Source of the DNA: Polynucleobacter sp. MWH-Svant-W18
GTDB lineage: Bacteria > Pseudomonadota > Gammaproteobacteria > Burkholderiales > Burkholderiaceae
Reading direction: 5' to 3'
Length of the DNA: 32,000 nucleotides
Assembly: GCF_018687495.1 (NCBI RefSeq)
Contig: NZ_CP061293.1
Location: forward strand, 1,721,242-1,753,241
The translations under genes and the position numbers were made by a program. Position 1 is the stretch's first letter. The number at the start of each line of letters is the position of its first letter. Under the pieces are notes generated by a model. The model was not told where the DNA came from, searched no databases, and saw only the letters and a list, made by a program, of their open reading frames with translations. Positions 8,042 through 16,869 of the stretch are shown here, one piece after another.

Positions 8042-8419
8042 TTATTTAATTAGCGCCTCTACAAGACGCTCAAACATGTCATCTTCATTCATACCCGCAT
8101 AATCGCCAATTAGATGTTTAGTGATTGAACTTTCTATTTCATCCTTATCAGGCGTATTAAATAACGCTTCAACTTCATCCTCGTCATCAGCTACAACATA
8201 GTGCCCAAGATTAAAGTCATAGATCTCCCCTTCGAATTCAACTTTTGAAGTAATGATCATTTCATCCCTTCCTTCGCGCAGGCCTGCTTTATTCCAGTAG
8301 AGAATTAAATTCTCATAAAAGTCATCTACTGAATTAACTTCAAATGAACCAAAGTAGCTGTCATTATTAAAATTTCTTGAGGCATGCAAATCAAATTTTT
8401 TCATAGCAATTTTCTCCAA
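8042..8419 (-). CDS. acidic hypothetical protein
   Basis: 125-aa ORF, D/E-rich (VVADDEDEVEALFNTPDKDEIE). No recognised motif. Confidence 0.5.
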   Translation of the reverse strand: MEKIAMKKFDLHASRNFNNDSYFGSFEVNSVDDFYENLILYWNKAGLREGRDEMIITSKVEFEGEIYDFNLGHYVVADDEDEVEALFNTPDKDEIESSITKHLIGDYAGMNEDDMFERLVEALIK

Positions 8420-8642
8420 ATATTTTTCTTATTCTATCTCCGCTAGATATCAATACTAGCTATACCTCTCATCCCGATAGTCACAAAAATCAATTTAGTT
8501 CAAAAGATTACTAAAAATTCCCTGAATTCATACCAAATCGCCTGATTTTCAAAATAAGAATTATTACGAATACGAGGTGGGGTTAGATTAGATCACCAGG
8601 GGCCGAGATCTCCACTGGCGTTGAAAATTGCGCGGTAAATTT

Positions 8643-9023
8643 TTAGGGCTTGCTACTGATCGGCTTAATAGCCTGTTGGTGATGCTGGCGATCTTTCTCG
8701 AGCTTTAATTGTTGTTTTGCTGAATCTACATTACGCCTAAGAGAGGTAACTCTTGCCTGCTTGAGATTCATTGTCTTAATAGGCTTAATCATTTTGATAG
8801 CTTCATCTACAGTAAGCGCATCTTCATCCTCAGACAAGCTGGGGGCAGATGCCAAACTATTCATACCAAATTGATATTGCAGAATCAGCCGCGCATGGAT
8901 CTGACTATCGGCAAATACTGCTGTTTTAACTTGATGACCATTGATACGGACAAGGGCTTGATATTTGTTCATACAAATATTTATAGTCTCGGCGCCCCTC
9001 GGGTCTTTTAAATCATGTCGCAT
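8643..9023 (-). CDS. hypothetical protein
   Basis: 126-aa ORF with a basic, coiled-coil-like C-terminus. No recognised motif. Confidence 0.45.
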   Translation of the reverse strand: MRHDLKDPRGAETINICMNKYQALVRINGHQVKTAVFADSQIHARLILQYQFGMNSLASAPSLSEDEDALTVDEAIKMIKPIKTMNLKQARVTSLRRNVDSAKQQLKLEKDRQHHQQAIKPISSKP

Positions 9024-9235
9024 TCGGCTCTTTGCCAGCTGGCTCGCCTCTGCGATGGGGGCTTCAGCCCACCCATCTTTTCCAAAACGTGCACCACGTG
9101 GTGCTGGAAAATGATGGTCTTCTCTGTCCTAAGCGCACCAGCTGGTGCAGGACATTCGTCTTAGGCTTCGCTGGATCGGTGGCGACAGCTATCGCCACCT
9201 ATGGGGCTACCTTGCGGTGCGCCCCATATATAAAT

Positions 9236-9250
9236 GTCCTTTAAAAGGAC
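9236..9250. repeat. 15-bp palindrome, opposite orientation (GTCCTTTAAAAGGAC)
   Basis: Perfect arms, 6 nt after the stop of 9256..9693. Confidence 0.8.
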
Positions 9251-9255
9251 AAACA

Positions 9256-9693
9256 TCAACGGCCAAAGCCCGCACGTACAGCGCCGCTTGCGGCTTCAAT
9301 TTGAGTATCAAGCTCACCCGCTTCTACGGCGACCTTAATAATCTCTAGGGCTTTAATAAGCTCCTCTGCTGAGTTGACTTCTACAGCAGTCTTACCTTTA
9401 GCAAACTCAATGATCTTGGCACCATAGCGGATGTTTAAGCAAACCTTGCCATCCATAGCAACGAACCACCATTGACGAATACGCTTTTCATGTTCAATGG
9501 TTTTACGTGCGCCAGTAATGTCTTTAACTGTTTTGAATTTCTTAACAGTAAATGTACCCCCTTCTTTACTGGCTTTAGCTAACTGGATCTGCTCCCAGAC
9601 TTTGTTGGCTAATTTATTACGACGATGCAGTACTGGTGGAATAGCTGTTGGCTTTTTTGAATTAACCATTTTCAAACTGTTTAATGTGCTCAT
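9256..9693 (-). CDS. hypothetical protein
   Basis: 145-aa ORF with a basic N-terminus. GGAGAAAAAG lies upstream of the ATG. Confidence 0.55.
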   Translation of the reverse strand: MSTLNSLKMVNSKKPTAIPPVLHRRNKLANKVWEQIQLAKASKEGGTFTVKKFKTVKDITGARKTIEHEKRIRQWWFVAMDGKVCLNIRYGAKIIEFAKGKTAVEVNSAEELIKALEIIKVAVEAGELDTQIEAASGAVRAGFGR

Positions 9694-10362
9694 CTTTTTC
9701 TCCTATAAGTTAATGGGCACACTTAATTTATGGTCAGAGTTTTTGGATGGACAACCTCTTTTTGCCAAAAGCCACAAAGATCTAATGATTTGACCCAGAT
9801 CTGCTCTCCTTTTATTAGGTTTCACTAAATAACTTTGACGACAAGGCGGAAGAACGCTTTGTATGCCATCACTTATTACTACTGAAACAAGGGCAGTGAC
9901 ACCCAGTCGTTATGTCACCCTAAAGCTGGACTTAGAGTCACAGTCATGGAAATTCTGGGCAGTAGCAGAGACTTGCAGTCACTAACCAATTGGATGCCGT
10001 TGGATGTTGCTACCCAACTGACTCAAGAATGTAATTCAGCACAAAGATCGTAGAACGTAGCTCTATGGATCACGAGAAAGCCCTGCTTACACAGCAACTT
10101 TCAAACAAGACAAAGGTAGCCACTTATTGCTTTTGTCATTGTTGCGTTTTAAGCCGCACGTAAAAGGAGATAGCGAAACCGCCCTTACCAATTTGGTTGT
10201 GCTTATAGTGGTGTAGTAAAGAACTCAGCGAAAGTCCTTTTCTATTACTGAGCCTGTTGCCTAAGGCTCAGTGTAGATTGAATCTAGCGAAAATCAATCA
10301 AAAGAAAGAAATTGTGATGAGCGACAAGCGAAATCACTGGCGAATGTAGTTCGCCATAATAT

Positions 10363-11049
10363 TCATCGAACTTCTTCTACAAACCCTCTCCAGCAAAAGG
10401 AATACCAATCCTTATGTTCATTTTCTTTCTTTGTTATTGCTTTTGCTTCGGATAACAGCGGGTATTCAGAAGACCAATACTTACCATTCCATGAGGCATA
10501 TCCGCAGAATAATGGGGCCTCATAGCTTTCTGATGAGACCTCATATATGCCAACTCTAGCAGGTGGTACATCCTCCGGAAACCAAACAGTTCGTTTCACA
10601 TTTGCATACTTTTGTTGAGCTTCAAGATCGATATCTACTCTTATTTCTTCCCTATAGCGGTCAATATTTCTCATGCTGACAATTTGCTCAACAGTACTTT
10701 CTTCATCAGCAACTAGATAAGCTTCATTAAAGAAGCAGGCATACATAACATTTTTAAAGTCTTCGATAAACTGTTCTTTATCTACATCATCAACATAAGG
10801 CCACAGCTCAATTACATCAGGGGCCGCCAATGCCCAGTCATCTTCACTTGAAATTTCATTTGCATCTTCGTATGCATTGGTTTCATCTGGATATAACGAA
10901 GACATTAGAGTGTTAATGGGCTGATAAAAATCTTGATTAAGAATTCCAAAGCGCTCCATTTCAAAAAGAATTTTGTATAAGTCGTTTAAATTCTTTTGTG
11001 GACTATTTGAGTAATATGCCATTTTCTTGCTCACAAGTAATATCTTCAA
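10363..11049 (-). CDS. acidic hypothetical protein
   Basis: 228-aa ORF. An alternative start at Met10 is possible. No recognised motif. Confidence 0.5.
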   Translation of the reverse strand: MKILLVSKKMAYYSNSPQKNLNDLYKILFEMERFGILNQDFYQPINTLMSSLYPDETNAYEDANEISSEDDWALAAPDVIELWPYVDDVDKEQFIEDFKNVMYACFFNEAYLVADEESTVEQIVSMRNIDRYREEIRVDIDLEAQQKYANVKRTVWFPEDVPPARVGIYEVSSESYEAPLFCGYASWNGKYWSSEYPLLSEAKAITKKENEHKDWYSFCWRGFVEEVR

Positions 11050-11139
11050 ATTATTCTATCAGTCAAAGAAGTCTTATAAGCACTGATCTCATAATGTCGC
11101 TGGCTTGGGTAGCCGAACCGAAATTTAAAACGCTTGTAG

Positions 11140-11154
11140 GTCGTTTTAAACGGC
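11140..11154. repeat. imperfect GTCG-variant palindrome (GTCGTTTTAAACGGC)
   Basis: One mismatch in the right arm. Confidence 0.4.
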
Positions 11155-11330
11155 CATCAAATATCGTGGCGAAAATGCCACGATAAATATAAGAGAACAG
11201 TACTACTCTTATATTTTTGCCTAACTCATTGATAAAAAAGCGTTTCTTTTTCAGCCATTTTCGGTTGCCCAAACCGAATCTAAGAAAACATACTGTAACT
11301 CTGTATTTAATACATTTCAGGGAGATACAT

Positions 11331-11897
11331 ATGTCACAAGCTAGAGTTTTAAACCCACAAGAACTACGCAGAGTTTTAGATCATGTTGCTACACGCAGGC
11401 ATTCAGCACGTAATCGCGCTATGTTGCTACTTACGCACTACGCGGGCATGCGAGTAGCTGAAGTAGCCGCGCTACGCATAAACGACGTTTTAAGCGGCGA
11501 CAGCACTATTAAGGGCGAAGTACGCTTGATGCCCGATCAAACCAAGGGCAAACACGCTCGTACTGTTTACTTAAATGAACGGATGCAAAAGGAATTGGCT
11601 CAGTACATCAAGGCTATCAAAATCAAAGATGTCACTAAGCCCTTGTTTTACACGCAGAAGCAAGCAGGGTTCTCGGCCAACTCTCTTACCCAGTACTTCT
11701 TTTATCTATACCGCTCTGTTGGTTTAGAAGGTGCCAGTAGCCATAGTGGTAGACGCACATTCTTAACTGGACTTGCCAATAAAGGCACAGCGATTCATAT
11801 ATTGAAGAGCTTAGCTGGGCACCGCAACATCAGCACCACCGCCACCTATCTCTACAGCAGTCCCGATCAACTTAAGGCCGCTGTTGAGTTAATCTAA
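11331..11897 (+). CDS. short tyrosine recombinase (catalytic domain only)
   Basis: The ATG at 11331 is preceded by GGGAGA. 188 aa with YAGMRVAEVAAL (Arg), HSGRRTF (H-x-x-R), GHRNISTTATY (His..Tyr). The upstream part of the track ORF (from 11217) has no support. Confidence 0.8.
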   Translation: MSQARVLNPQELRRVLDHVATRRHSARNRAMLLLTHYAGMRVAEVAALRINDVLSGDSTIKGEVRLMPDQTKGKHARTVYLNERMQKELAQYIKAIKIKDVTKPLFYTQKQAGFSANSLTQYFFYLYRSVGLEGASSHSGRRTFLTGLANKGTAIHILKSLAGHRNISTTATYLYSSPDQLKAAVELI

Positions 11898-12236
11898 CTT
11901 CTTGGAGAAGTCACTAAACACTTCTCCAGTGTAGTTGTCATTAACCCTTGCTGTCTTTAAGTTGACAGTAAAAGCCAATCCTCTTGTGGCAAGTCGATGA
12001 CCAAACCACTTACACAGAACCTCAACTCTAGTTGCATTGTTCTTTCCATCAAGAATAAGTACTTGATCACCAAGCAAGAAAGTGCCACTAAATGTTGAAC
12101 GCCTATATTTCGCATCGGTAACATCAATTACACGAGCATTCTTAACCTTTATAGGCTTTATAGGTTTAGCTAACTTTGTCGTATGAGGAATATCACTTTC
12201 CTCTTCCCACACTGGTGCTTTGTAGTAAAAATCCAT
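11889..12236 (-). CDS. hypothetical protein
   Basis: 115-aa ORF with GAGGG 6 nt upstream of the ATG. Its 3' end overlaps the convergent recombinase gene by 9 nt. Confidence 0.5.
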   Translation of the reverse strand: MDFYYKAPVWEEESDIPHTTKLAKPIKPIKVKNARVIDVTDAKYRRSTFSGTFLLGDQVLILDGKNNATRVEVLCKWFGHRLATRGLAFTVNLKTARVNDNYTGEVFSDFSKKLD

Positions 12237-12282
12237 ATAACCCTCATATTTGCTTACAAGTTGTTATTAGGATATCAAATTT

Positions 12283-12297
12283 GTCCTTTTAAAGGAC
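12283..12297. repeat. 15-bp palindrome GTCCTTTTAAAGGAC
   Basis: Perfect dyad 3 nt after the stop of 12300..13094. Shares the flank AAATTTGTCC with 537 and 3880. Confidence 0.8.
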
Positions 12298-12299
12298 AT

Positions 12300-13094
12300 T
12301 TACTGTGCGGGGAATTTACCTAGAACCACATTCTCAATTATTAGCTCGGCACTACTTAGATACCTTTTTACGCTTGAGCCCATGGTATTCCTCCTTGCGG
12401 CATTCATAGCTGGAAAGAGCTTTGGAGAAGTCATTGCTTTGGGGATTAAGGTTAAGCTCTCACCTATCTTCCAATTGGGCACTTTTGGCTTCTTTCCTTT
12501 GTGCTTAATGTATTCGTCATATACATCTAAGGTTTTCTCTAAATTTTGTACTGTGTAATTTCTAGCCAATTGATACTTGGCATTACTTTTAGTTGATCCC
12601 TTAGTTGGTCTACCACGTCCTGCCGTATGGCGCTCTTTTAATAGTTGTGCAAAACGACTTTGTAAATACCTTTTACTAGACGTTAGTGGTACAGCAAGAA
12701 TCATCACCTCATCTTTGCTCCAACCATCTTGCCACTGTGACTTATCTTCCAGCTCTGTTAATTTCATTGCCCCATAGTTTTCGGCGAATAAATTCGGTCC
12801 TCGCTCGTCCTTAGTCCACCACTTGTGAAAGTCATCATCTCTCACATCTCCAAAGTCTTTATATAGCTCGGCATGTTTTCCTTTGCCGCCACGCTCACAA
12901 CACTCTAAATATTCTTGATTACGGCGTAAGAACTGCCACCACCAGTAATAAGGACTGCGCTTTTGATAACCAAGTGGCAGTCTTTTGTTTTTTGTACCAA
13001 ATATAGGGTACGGAGCGAGGAATCTTCTTGGCATTTTCTTGGCATGTAAATTGCAGGAATTTCTAATAGTATCAGAAATATACCCGTTCTGCAT
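12300..13094 (-). CDS. island regulator-like protein with W-x-F-L-R-R-N motif
   Basis: 264 aa. YYWWWQFLRRNQEYLE resembles the WEFLRRNPxY motif I recall from DUF6499-type N-terminal domains of integrative-element regulators (recall only). Start codon uncertain, with Met21 as an alternative. Confidence 0.5.
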   Translation of the reverse strand: MQNGYISDTIRNSCNLHAKKMPRRFLAPYPIFGTKNKRLPLGYQKRSPYYWWWQFLRRNQEYLECCERGGKGKHAELYKDFGDVRDDDFHKWWTKDERGPNLFAENYGAMKLTELEDKSQWQDGWSKDEVMILAVPLTSSKRYLQSRFAQLLKERHTAGRGRPTKGSTKSNAKYQLARNYTVQNLEKTLDVYDEYIKHKGKKPKVPNWKIGESLTLIPKAMTSPKLFPAMNAARRNTMGSSVKRYLSSAELIIENVVLGKFPAQ

Positions 13095-13170
13095 TCTAAT
13101 TTAATTATGGCTAAGCGGTTAAATTTCTTAACAAGCAGTCATATTTCTTAATACAGAAAGAGAGTTAAAA

Positions 13171-13953
13171 ATGAATGCATTATTAAACGCAGTAGATACA
13201 ACCCCTGTTACAACAAACGTCCTTTTAAAGGACACAACGAAAGTAGCTAACGTTGCTGTTGGTACTACCGTTGCCCTTACTAATATGGAAGCAAATCGTA
13301 TTAGCTGGGAACAAGGTGCCTATAGAACAAGTAATCAAGCCTTATATGCAGTATTGGGCGATTGCTTGGCTTTTTGTGGTGACCTGACACTTCCAGAAGC
13401 TAAACAACGTAGCGAATCTTTAGAGTCTTTCTATAAAGATCGTGGCTACACATATAAAAAGGATCTCCCATTAGCGACACGTGTAGTGCGTGCTGTTTTT
13501 GGATCTAGAGATCGCCGCCGTATCAGCACCTACTCTTTGGTTATTCGTCAGGCAATGAAAGAGAAAGTTTTGATAACTGACTTTTCAGCATGGGTGGAAG
13601 AGCGTGGCGGCGTTCAAGAGATCAGTCTTGGTAAGAGCGCCACTTACATCAAGCCTGCGGCCAAAGCTGAGATTGCAAAAAACAATCTAAAAGGCAAAAC
13701 ACCGATTGGCTATGCCAAGTCCGAATTGCTCTCACATGTTGCTGATGCTCAGTACCTAGGTGATATGTGCGTACTTTTAGCGGAGCAACAGGCTGACGGC
13801 AGTTTTGGTGTCTATGCAGTTTTGCGTCAAGACGGACTGGTTAAGTCTGCCTTTACCTCTTTGTATGCAGTTGGCAAAGAGCTTGAAGATAAAGCTAGGG
13901 CAGAGGTCAAAGCGGCAAATGATGCAGATGGCGCGGTTGCTAAATCTGCTTAA
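13171..13953 (+). CDS. hypothetical protein, first gene of the AAA+ module
   Basis: 260-aa ORF with AAAGAGAG upstream of the ATG. 18-nt gap to the ATPase gene. Contains a copy of the 15-bp palindrome in codons 17-21. Confidence 0.55.
   Translation: MNALLNAVDTTPVTTNVLLKDTTKVANVAVGTTVALTNMEANRISWEQGAYRTSNQALYAVLGDCLAFCGDLTLPEAKQRSESLESFYKDRGYTYKKDLPLATRVVRAVFGSRDRRRISTYSLVIRQAMKEKVLITDFSAWVEERGGVQEISLGKSATYIKPAAKAEIAKNNLKGKTPIGYAKSELLSHVADAQYLGDMCVLLAEQQADGSFGVYAVLRQDGLVKSAFTSLYAVGKELEDKARAEVKAANDADGAVAKSA
13219..13233. repeat. 15-bp palindrome inside a coding region
   Basis: GTCCTTTTAAAGGAC encodes V-L-L-K-D of 13171..13953. It is the only intragenic copy in the window. Confidence 0.8.
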
Positions 13954-13971
13954 TTAATCAAGGGGAATGTT

Positions 13972-14685
13972 ATGAGCGTTCCCCATTCTTATTTGAAAGG
14001 AATACAAATGTTTACGAAAGGAAATAATCATGAGCCTAAAACAATTGATGACATCATCTTTGGAAATAATGAATCTAAATTGCGGATTGAAGATATTGTC
14101 TCGGGTGCCGAAGAATTACCTTACAGCGGCAAATCAGCGATTCTTTTATACGGAGTCTTTGGGACAGGCAAAACCACACTGGCCAAAATGCTACCTAACC
14201 ACATTGAATATGGCAAAACTAAAGAAGAGTTAGTTTGGGATCCAGTGTTTATAGGCTGTCAGCAGGGCTTTAATGGGCCACAGCTAATGACTAAGATTGA
14301 TGCAATCATGACAACAATGTCGCTAAACGTCAGCGGCCTTCATTACTTCATCCTTGATGAGGTGGATAACTTAACCAAGCTGGCGCAACAAAGTTTGAAA
14401 ACGGCCTTGAATACGACATTAGGTGTATTTGTGCTCACAACAAACAATGTGTCGCAACTAGACAAAGGCATGTTAGATCGTTGCATCTTAGTTGAGATGA
14501 ATGCGGCAAATCCGAATGCTTATTTGGATATTGCCAAATCCATTGCCAATGAAGCAGGCATTTCGTTATCTAGTGATGAGCTGTTGCCTACTATTCAAGG
14601 GGCTAATGGGTCATTCAGAAACCTGTTTCATAACGTTGACAGGCTGGCGCGCCGCAAAAAAACTTCATCAATTTGCACTCCTTAA
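13972..14685 (+). CDS. AAA+ ATPase, clamp-loader/RFC-like
   Basis: Walker A is LLYGVFGTGKTTLAK and Walker B is HYFILDEVDNL. AQQSLKTALN and VLTTNN follow, as in clamp-loader small subunits. AAGGGG lies upstream of the ATG. Confidence 0.75.
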   Translation: MSVPHSYLKGIQMFTKGNNHEPKTIDDIIFGNNESKLRIEDIVSGAEELPYSGKSAILLYGVFGTGKTTLAKMLPNHIEYGKTKEELVWDPVFIGCQQGFNGPQLMTKIDAIMTTMSLNVSGLHYFILDEVDNLTKLAQQSLKTALNTTLGVFVLTTNNVSQLDKGMLDRCILVEMNAANPNAYLDIAKSIANEAGISLSSDELLPTIQGANGSFRNLFHNVDRLARRKKTSSICTP

Positions 14686-14693
14686 TTTGTGGA

Positions 14694-14722
14694 AATGGCC
14701 CGCGAACCCATAGCGGGCCATT
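14694..14722 (+). terminator. terminator after the ATPase gene
   Basis: AATGGCCCGC-N9-GCGGGCCATT, a 10-bp GC-rich stem 9 nt after the stop, followed by CATTCTTAT. Confidence 0.6.
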
Positions 14723-14731
14723 CATTCTTAT

Positions 14732-15250
14732 ATGAAAAAAATATTTGAGCCAAAAAGTCAACTATTCCTATTTTCAAATACTCTTGATTCAAGAATTGAA
14801 GATTGGTTTGAAGGAAGCATCATATTTGAGAATTCTATTTTGAATAAAAATAATCATTGTGCTGAACTCTCAAAGCTTGAGTGCTTAATTAAAACTTTAA
14901 ATATTGGACAGTTTAATTACGTAACAAATGTAATTAATTTCAAGCCTAATAATCTTCTCTTCGTAAAAATTTCTGGCACGTATCCTTTGATTTGTTCATT
15001 CACTTGTAAGTCTGATTATTTGTTACTTAATAACTTAGCAAATGCCGCAAGGAGCTGGTCAGCTCGAAATAGGATCATGAAATCCTTTGTAAACATTGAA
15101 CATGACTTATTGCGTCACTTAAAAAATGGGTGTTTATTAGACAGTGAGTTCTACAACAATCAAACGGAGGCCATAAATCATTTAATGCTAAGTGATAAAG
15201 AGATTCAAGACTCATTAATACAAAAATTTCATTCAGATTTAGTAATTTAG
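14732..15250 (+). CDS. hypothetical protein (very AT-rich gene)
   Basis: 172-aa ORF rich in Asn, Ile, Leu and Lys. No recognised motif. Confidence 0.45.
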   Translation: MKKIFEPKSQLFLFSNTLDSRIEDWFEGSIIFENSILNKNNHCAELSKLECLIKTLNIGQFNYVTNVINFKPNNLLFVKISGTYPLICSFTCKSDYLLLNNLANAARSWSARNRIMKSFVNIEHDLLRHLKNGCLLDSEFYNNQTEAINHLMLSDKEIQDSLIQKFHSDLVI

Positions 15251-15271
15251 TCACCTTGTTCTAGTAGGTTC

Positions 15272-16546
15272 TCAAGCCAACCTATCCGCCGCCATTGTTG
15301 CCGTCAACTTGCTGTAATGACGATCAATCATGGCGGCACTATTTCCCATCTGCTTAGACAGCGTATGAATATCTGTCTTGTTCTCTAGTAGCTCCAAAGT
15401 AGCGTAGGTATGACGCAAGGAATACAAAGTACGCATCTGTCCATCGTGACTTAATCCCAAACCACTATCTCGCATTAGTCGCTTAAATGCGCCATCAATC
15501 CGCATGGGCTGATGACCATTGGCAAATACAAAGATCCGCTCTGGGCAACGAGTCTCAAACAGCCGATCAAAGGGAATATCCCACACGGCACGTTGCCTAC
15601 TGTGTAATCGTTTGAGCACATCTACTGCCTTATGTTTGGCAATTAGCCAACGCCCACCCGTCTTGCCATCCACCCAAATACGTAGGTATTTCTTATCTCC
15701 CTGCGTGTGCCACTCAATATTGTTCCAGCATATATTCAGTGCCTCAGTGCCATGCCTCATGCCTGTGTATAAAAGCATTTCAATATAGTCGCGCAGTAGA
15801 GGGCGAGTCTCATGCTCAATCTCTAATCTGCCTTGCTTGATCCATGGCTCCATAAACTCTAATAAGCGATCAATCTCTTCACGAGTGAATGCTGGACGGG
15901 TTTTACCTTTCTGCCCTCTGGCTGTGAGTTTGGGAATAGCTACTCGTTCGCTGATCCAGCCTTTGCTAATAGCTACCAGTTGTAACTTAGTCCAAGCACT
16001 GGCAAAGTTCATTAAGGTGCTGGCTCTAGGCACCTTGTTCATCTGCCTATTTCGCCAAACCTCAAACTCATGCACGTCTGTGTAGGTTATCTCTTCTAGT
16101 CTTTTGTCCTGAAAGTAAGGTAGAAAGTATTTCTCAATACAGGTGATGTAGCTACCGTACACACTCTTGCCTATACCCACATCCAAGTCTTGCCGCATTG
16201 AGTAGAGAGTGGCGTGTGCAATTTCTGCAAACGTGGGTGACTTTTGTGCAAGCCCTAGTCTTTGGCGAAATCTGGTTTCATCGTAAAGATCGCAAGCCAT
16301 TCGTACAGCGTGCTCAATGCTGGCTTGACGGGTAGTCTGACGATGCCACGAGCCATCTTGTAATCTAAAGCGGCAATGCCAAAGTGGACTTCCGGGTCTG
16401 CGATGAATAACGACTTCGCCATCACGCAGATAGAGCTCGGTGGGCTCAGCATATTTGAGCTGGCTTAGGGCTGTGGGTTGGGATTCCGGCCGGGGTGAGG
16501 AGATTACTTCTAGGTGACTTTCAGGTACTTTGATTACCTTAGTCAC
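15272..16546 (-). CDS. int: tyrosine integrase (phage/P4-type)
   Basis: 424 aa. Contains LLYTGMRHGTEAL (Arg), LRHTYATLEL (H-x-x-R) and NSAAMIDRHYSK (His..Tyr). Adjacent to the tRNA-derived repeat at 16870. Confidence 0.9.
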   Translation of the reverse strand: MTKVIKVPESHLEVISSPRPESQPTALSQLKYAEPTELYLRDGEVVIHRRPGSPLWHCRFRLQDGSWHRQTTRQASIEHAVRMACDLYDETRFRQRLGLAQKSPTFAEIAHATLYSMRQDLDVGIGKSVYGSYITCIEKYFLPYFQDKRLEEITYTDVHEFEVWRNRQMNKVPRASTLMNFASAWTKLQLVAISKGWISERVAIPKLTARGQKGKTRPAFTREEIDRLLEFMEPWIKQGRLEIEHETRPLLRDYIEMLLYTGMRHGTEALNICWNNIEWHTQGDKKYLRIWVDGKTGGRWLIAKHKAVDVLKRLHSRQRAVWDIPFDRLFETRCPERIFVFANGHQPMRIDGAFKRLMRDSGLGLSHDGQMRTLYSLRHTYATLELLENKTDIHTLSKQMGNSAAMIDRHYSKLTATMAADRLA

Positions 16547-16652
16547 TTTTTGGGTGGGTTACTGTTGTCATACAGCTATTTTATTTTCTAAAAAATACTT
16601 GGACAACCGATAAGCGTTGACTTAAGCCACGCTCACTAACTAATATGCAAGC

Positions 16653-16667
16653 GTCCTTATAAAGGAC
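16653..16667. repeat. palindrome variant GTCCTTATAAAGGAC
   Basis: Six-bp arms GTCCTT/AAGGAC, in the integrase upstream region. Confidence 0.6.
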
Positions 16668-16840
16668 ACTTCATGCGTGGGGTGCCCCGACCATGACCAC
16701 TTGAATAGCAGAAACGGTAGGACAGGATTAAACATCCTGATCATTAGATTAGAAGCTCTAAGCAACGACATAAGACGCTAGAACTAAGGTGGGTACACCA
16801 TTGCTTAACTTAGACACAAATAGCTAGGGTAGAAATGAAG

Positions 16841-16865
16841 AGAGAGCTAAAAGCTCTCTTTTTGA
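16841..16865. terminator. hairpin plus T-run abutting the att repeat
   Basis: AGAGAGC-TAAAA-GCTCTCT followed by TTTTTG. Same position relative to the tRNA 3' end as the hairpins at 7728, 17901 and 19407. Confidence 0.5.
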
Positions 16866-16869
16866 ATCT

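Larger units (their letters stand above)
7803..16869. mobile_element. integrase-bearing genomic island in the tRNA-Phe site
   Basis: Bounded by tRNA-Phe 3' fragments (7758..7802 and 16870..16891). A P4-type integrase gene abuts the right boundary. Also contains a second short tyrosine recombinase, an AAA+ module and orphan genes. Confidence 0.7.

Noticed and set aside
9032-9348. Two overlapping plus-strand ORFs (70 aa and 67 aa) in the GC-rich tract
   Set aside because: Their starts are TTG or weak, with no SD, and the sequence is dominated by perfect palindromes and hairpins. Coding potential cannot be excluded without comparative data, but a structural or regulatory role seems more likely.
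10998-11272. Short ORFs 10998..11186 (+) and 11063..11272 (-), and the 5' extension of the recombinase ORF (11217..11330)
   Set aside because: They have no SD and overlap one another in an AT-rich intergenic region. The recombinase has a strong SD plus ATG at 11331.
13095-13170. Direct repeat ATTTCTTAA x2 in the divergent promoter region as an operator
   Set aside because: The repeat is only 9 nt, in a very AT-rich spacer. This is too likely to arise by chance to call without comparative data.
13972-14685. AAA+ ATPase as an IS21-type IstB helper, which would imply an IS element
   Set aside because: There is no IstA-like transposase, no terminal inverted repeats and no target duplication nearby. 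The post-Walker B motifs look more like those of a clamp loader.
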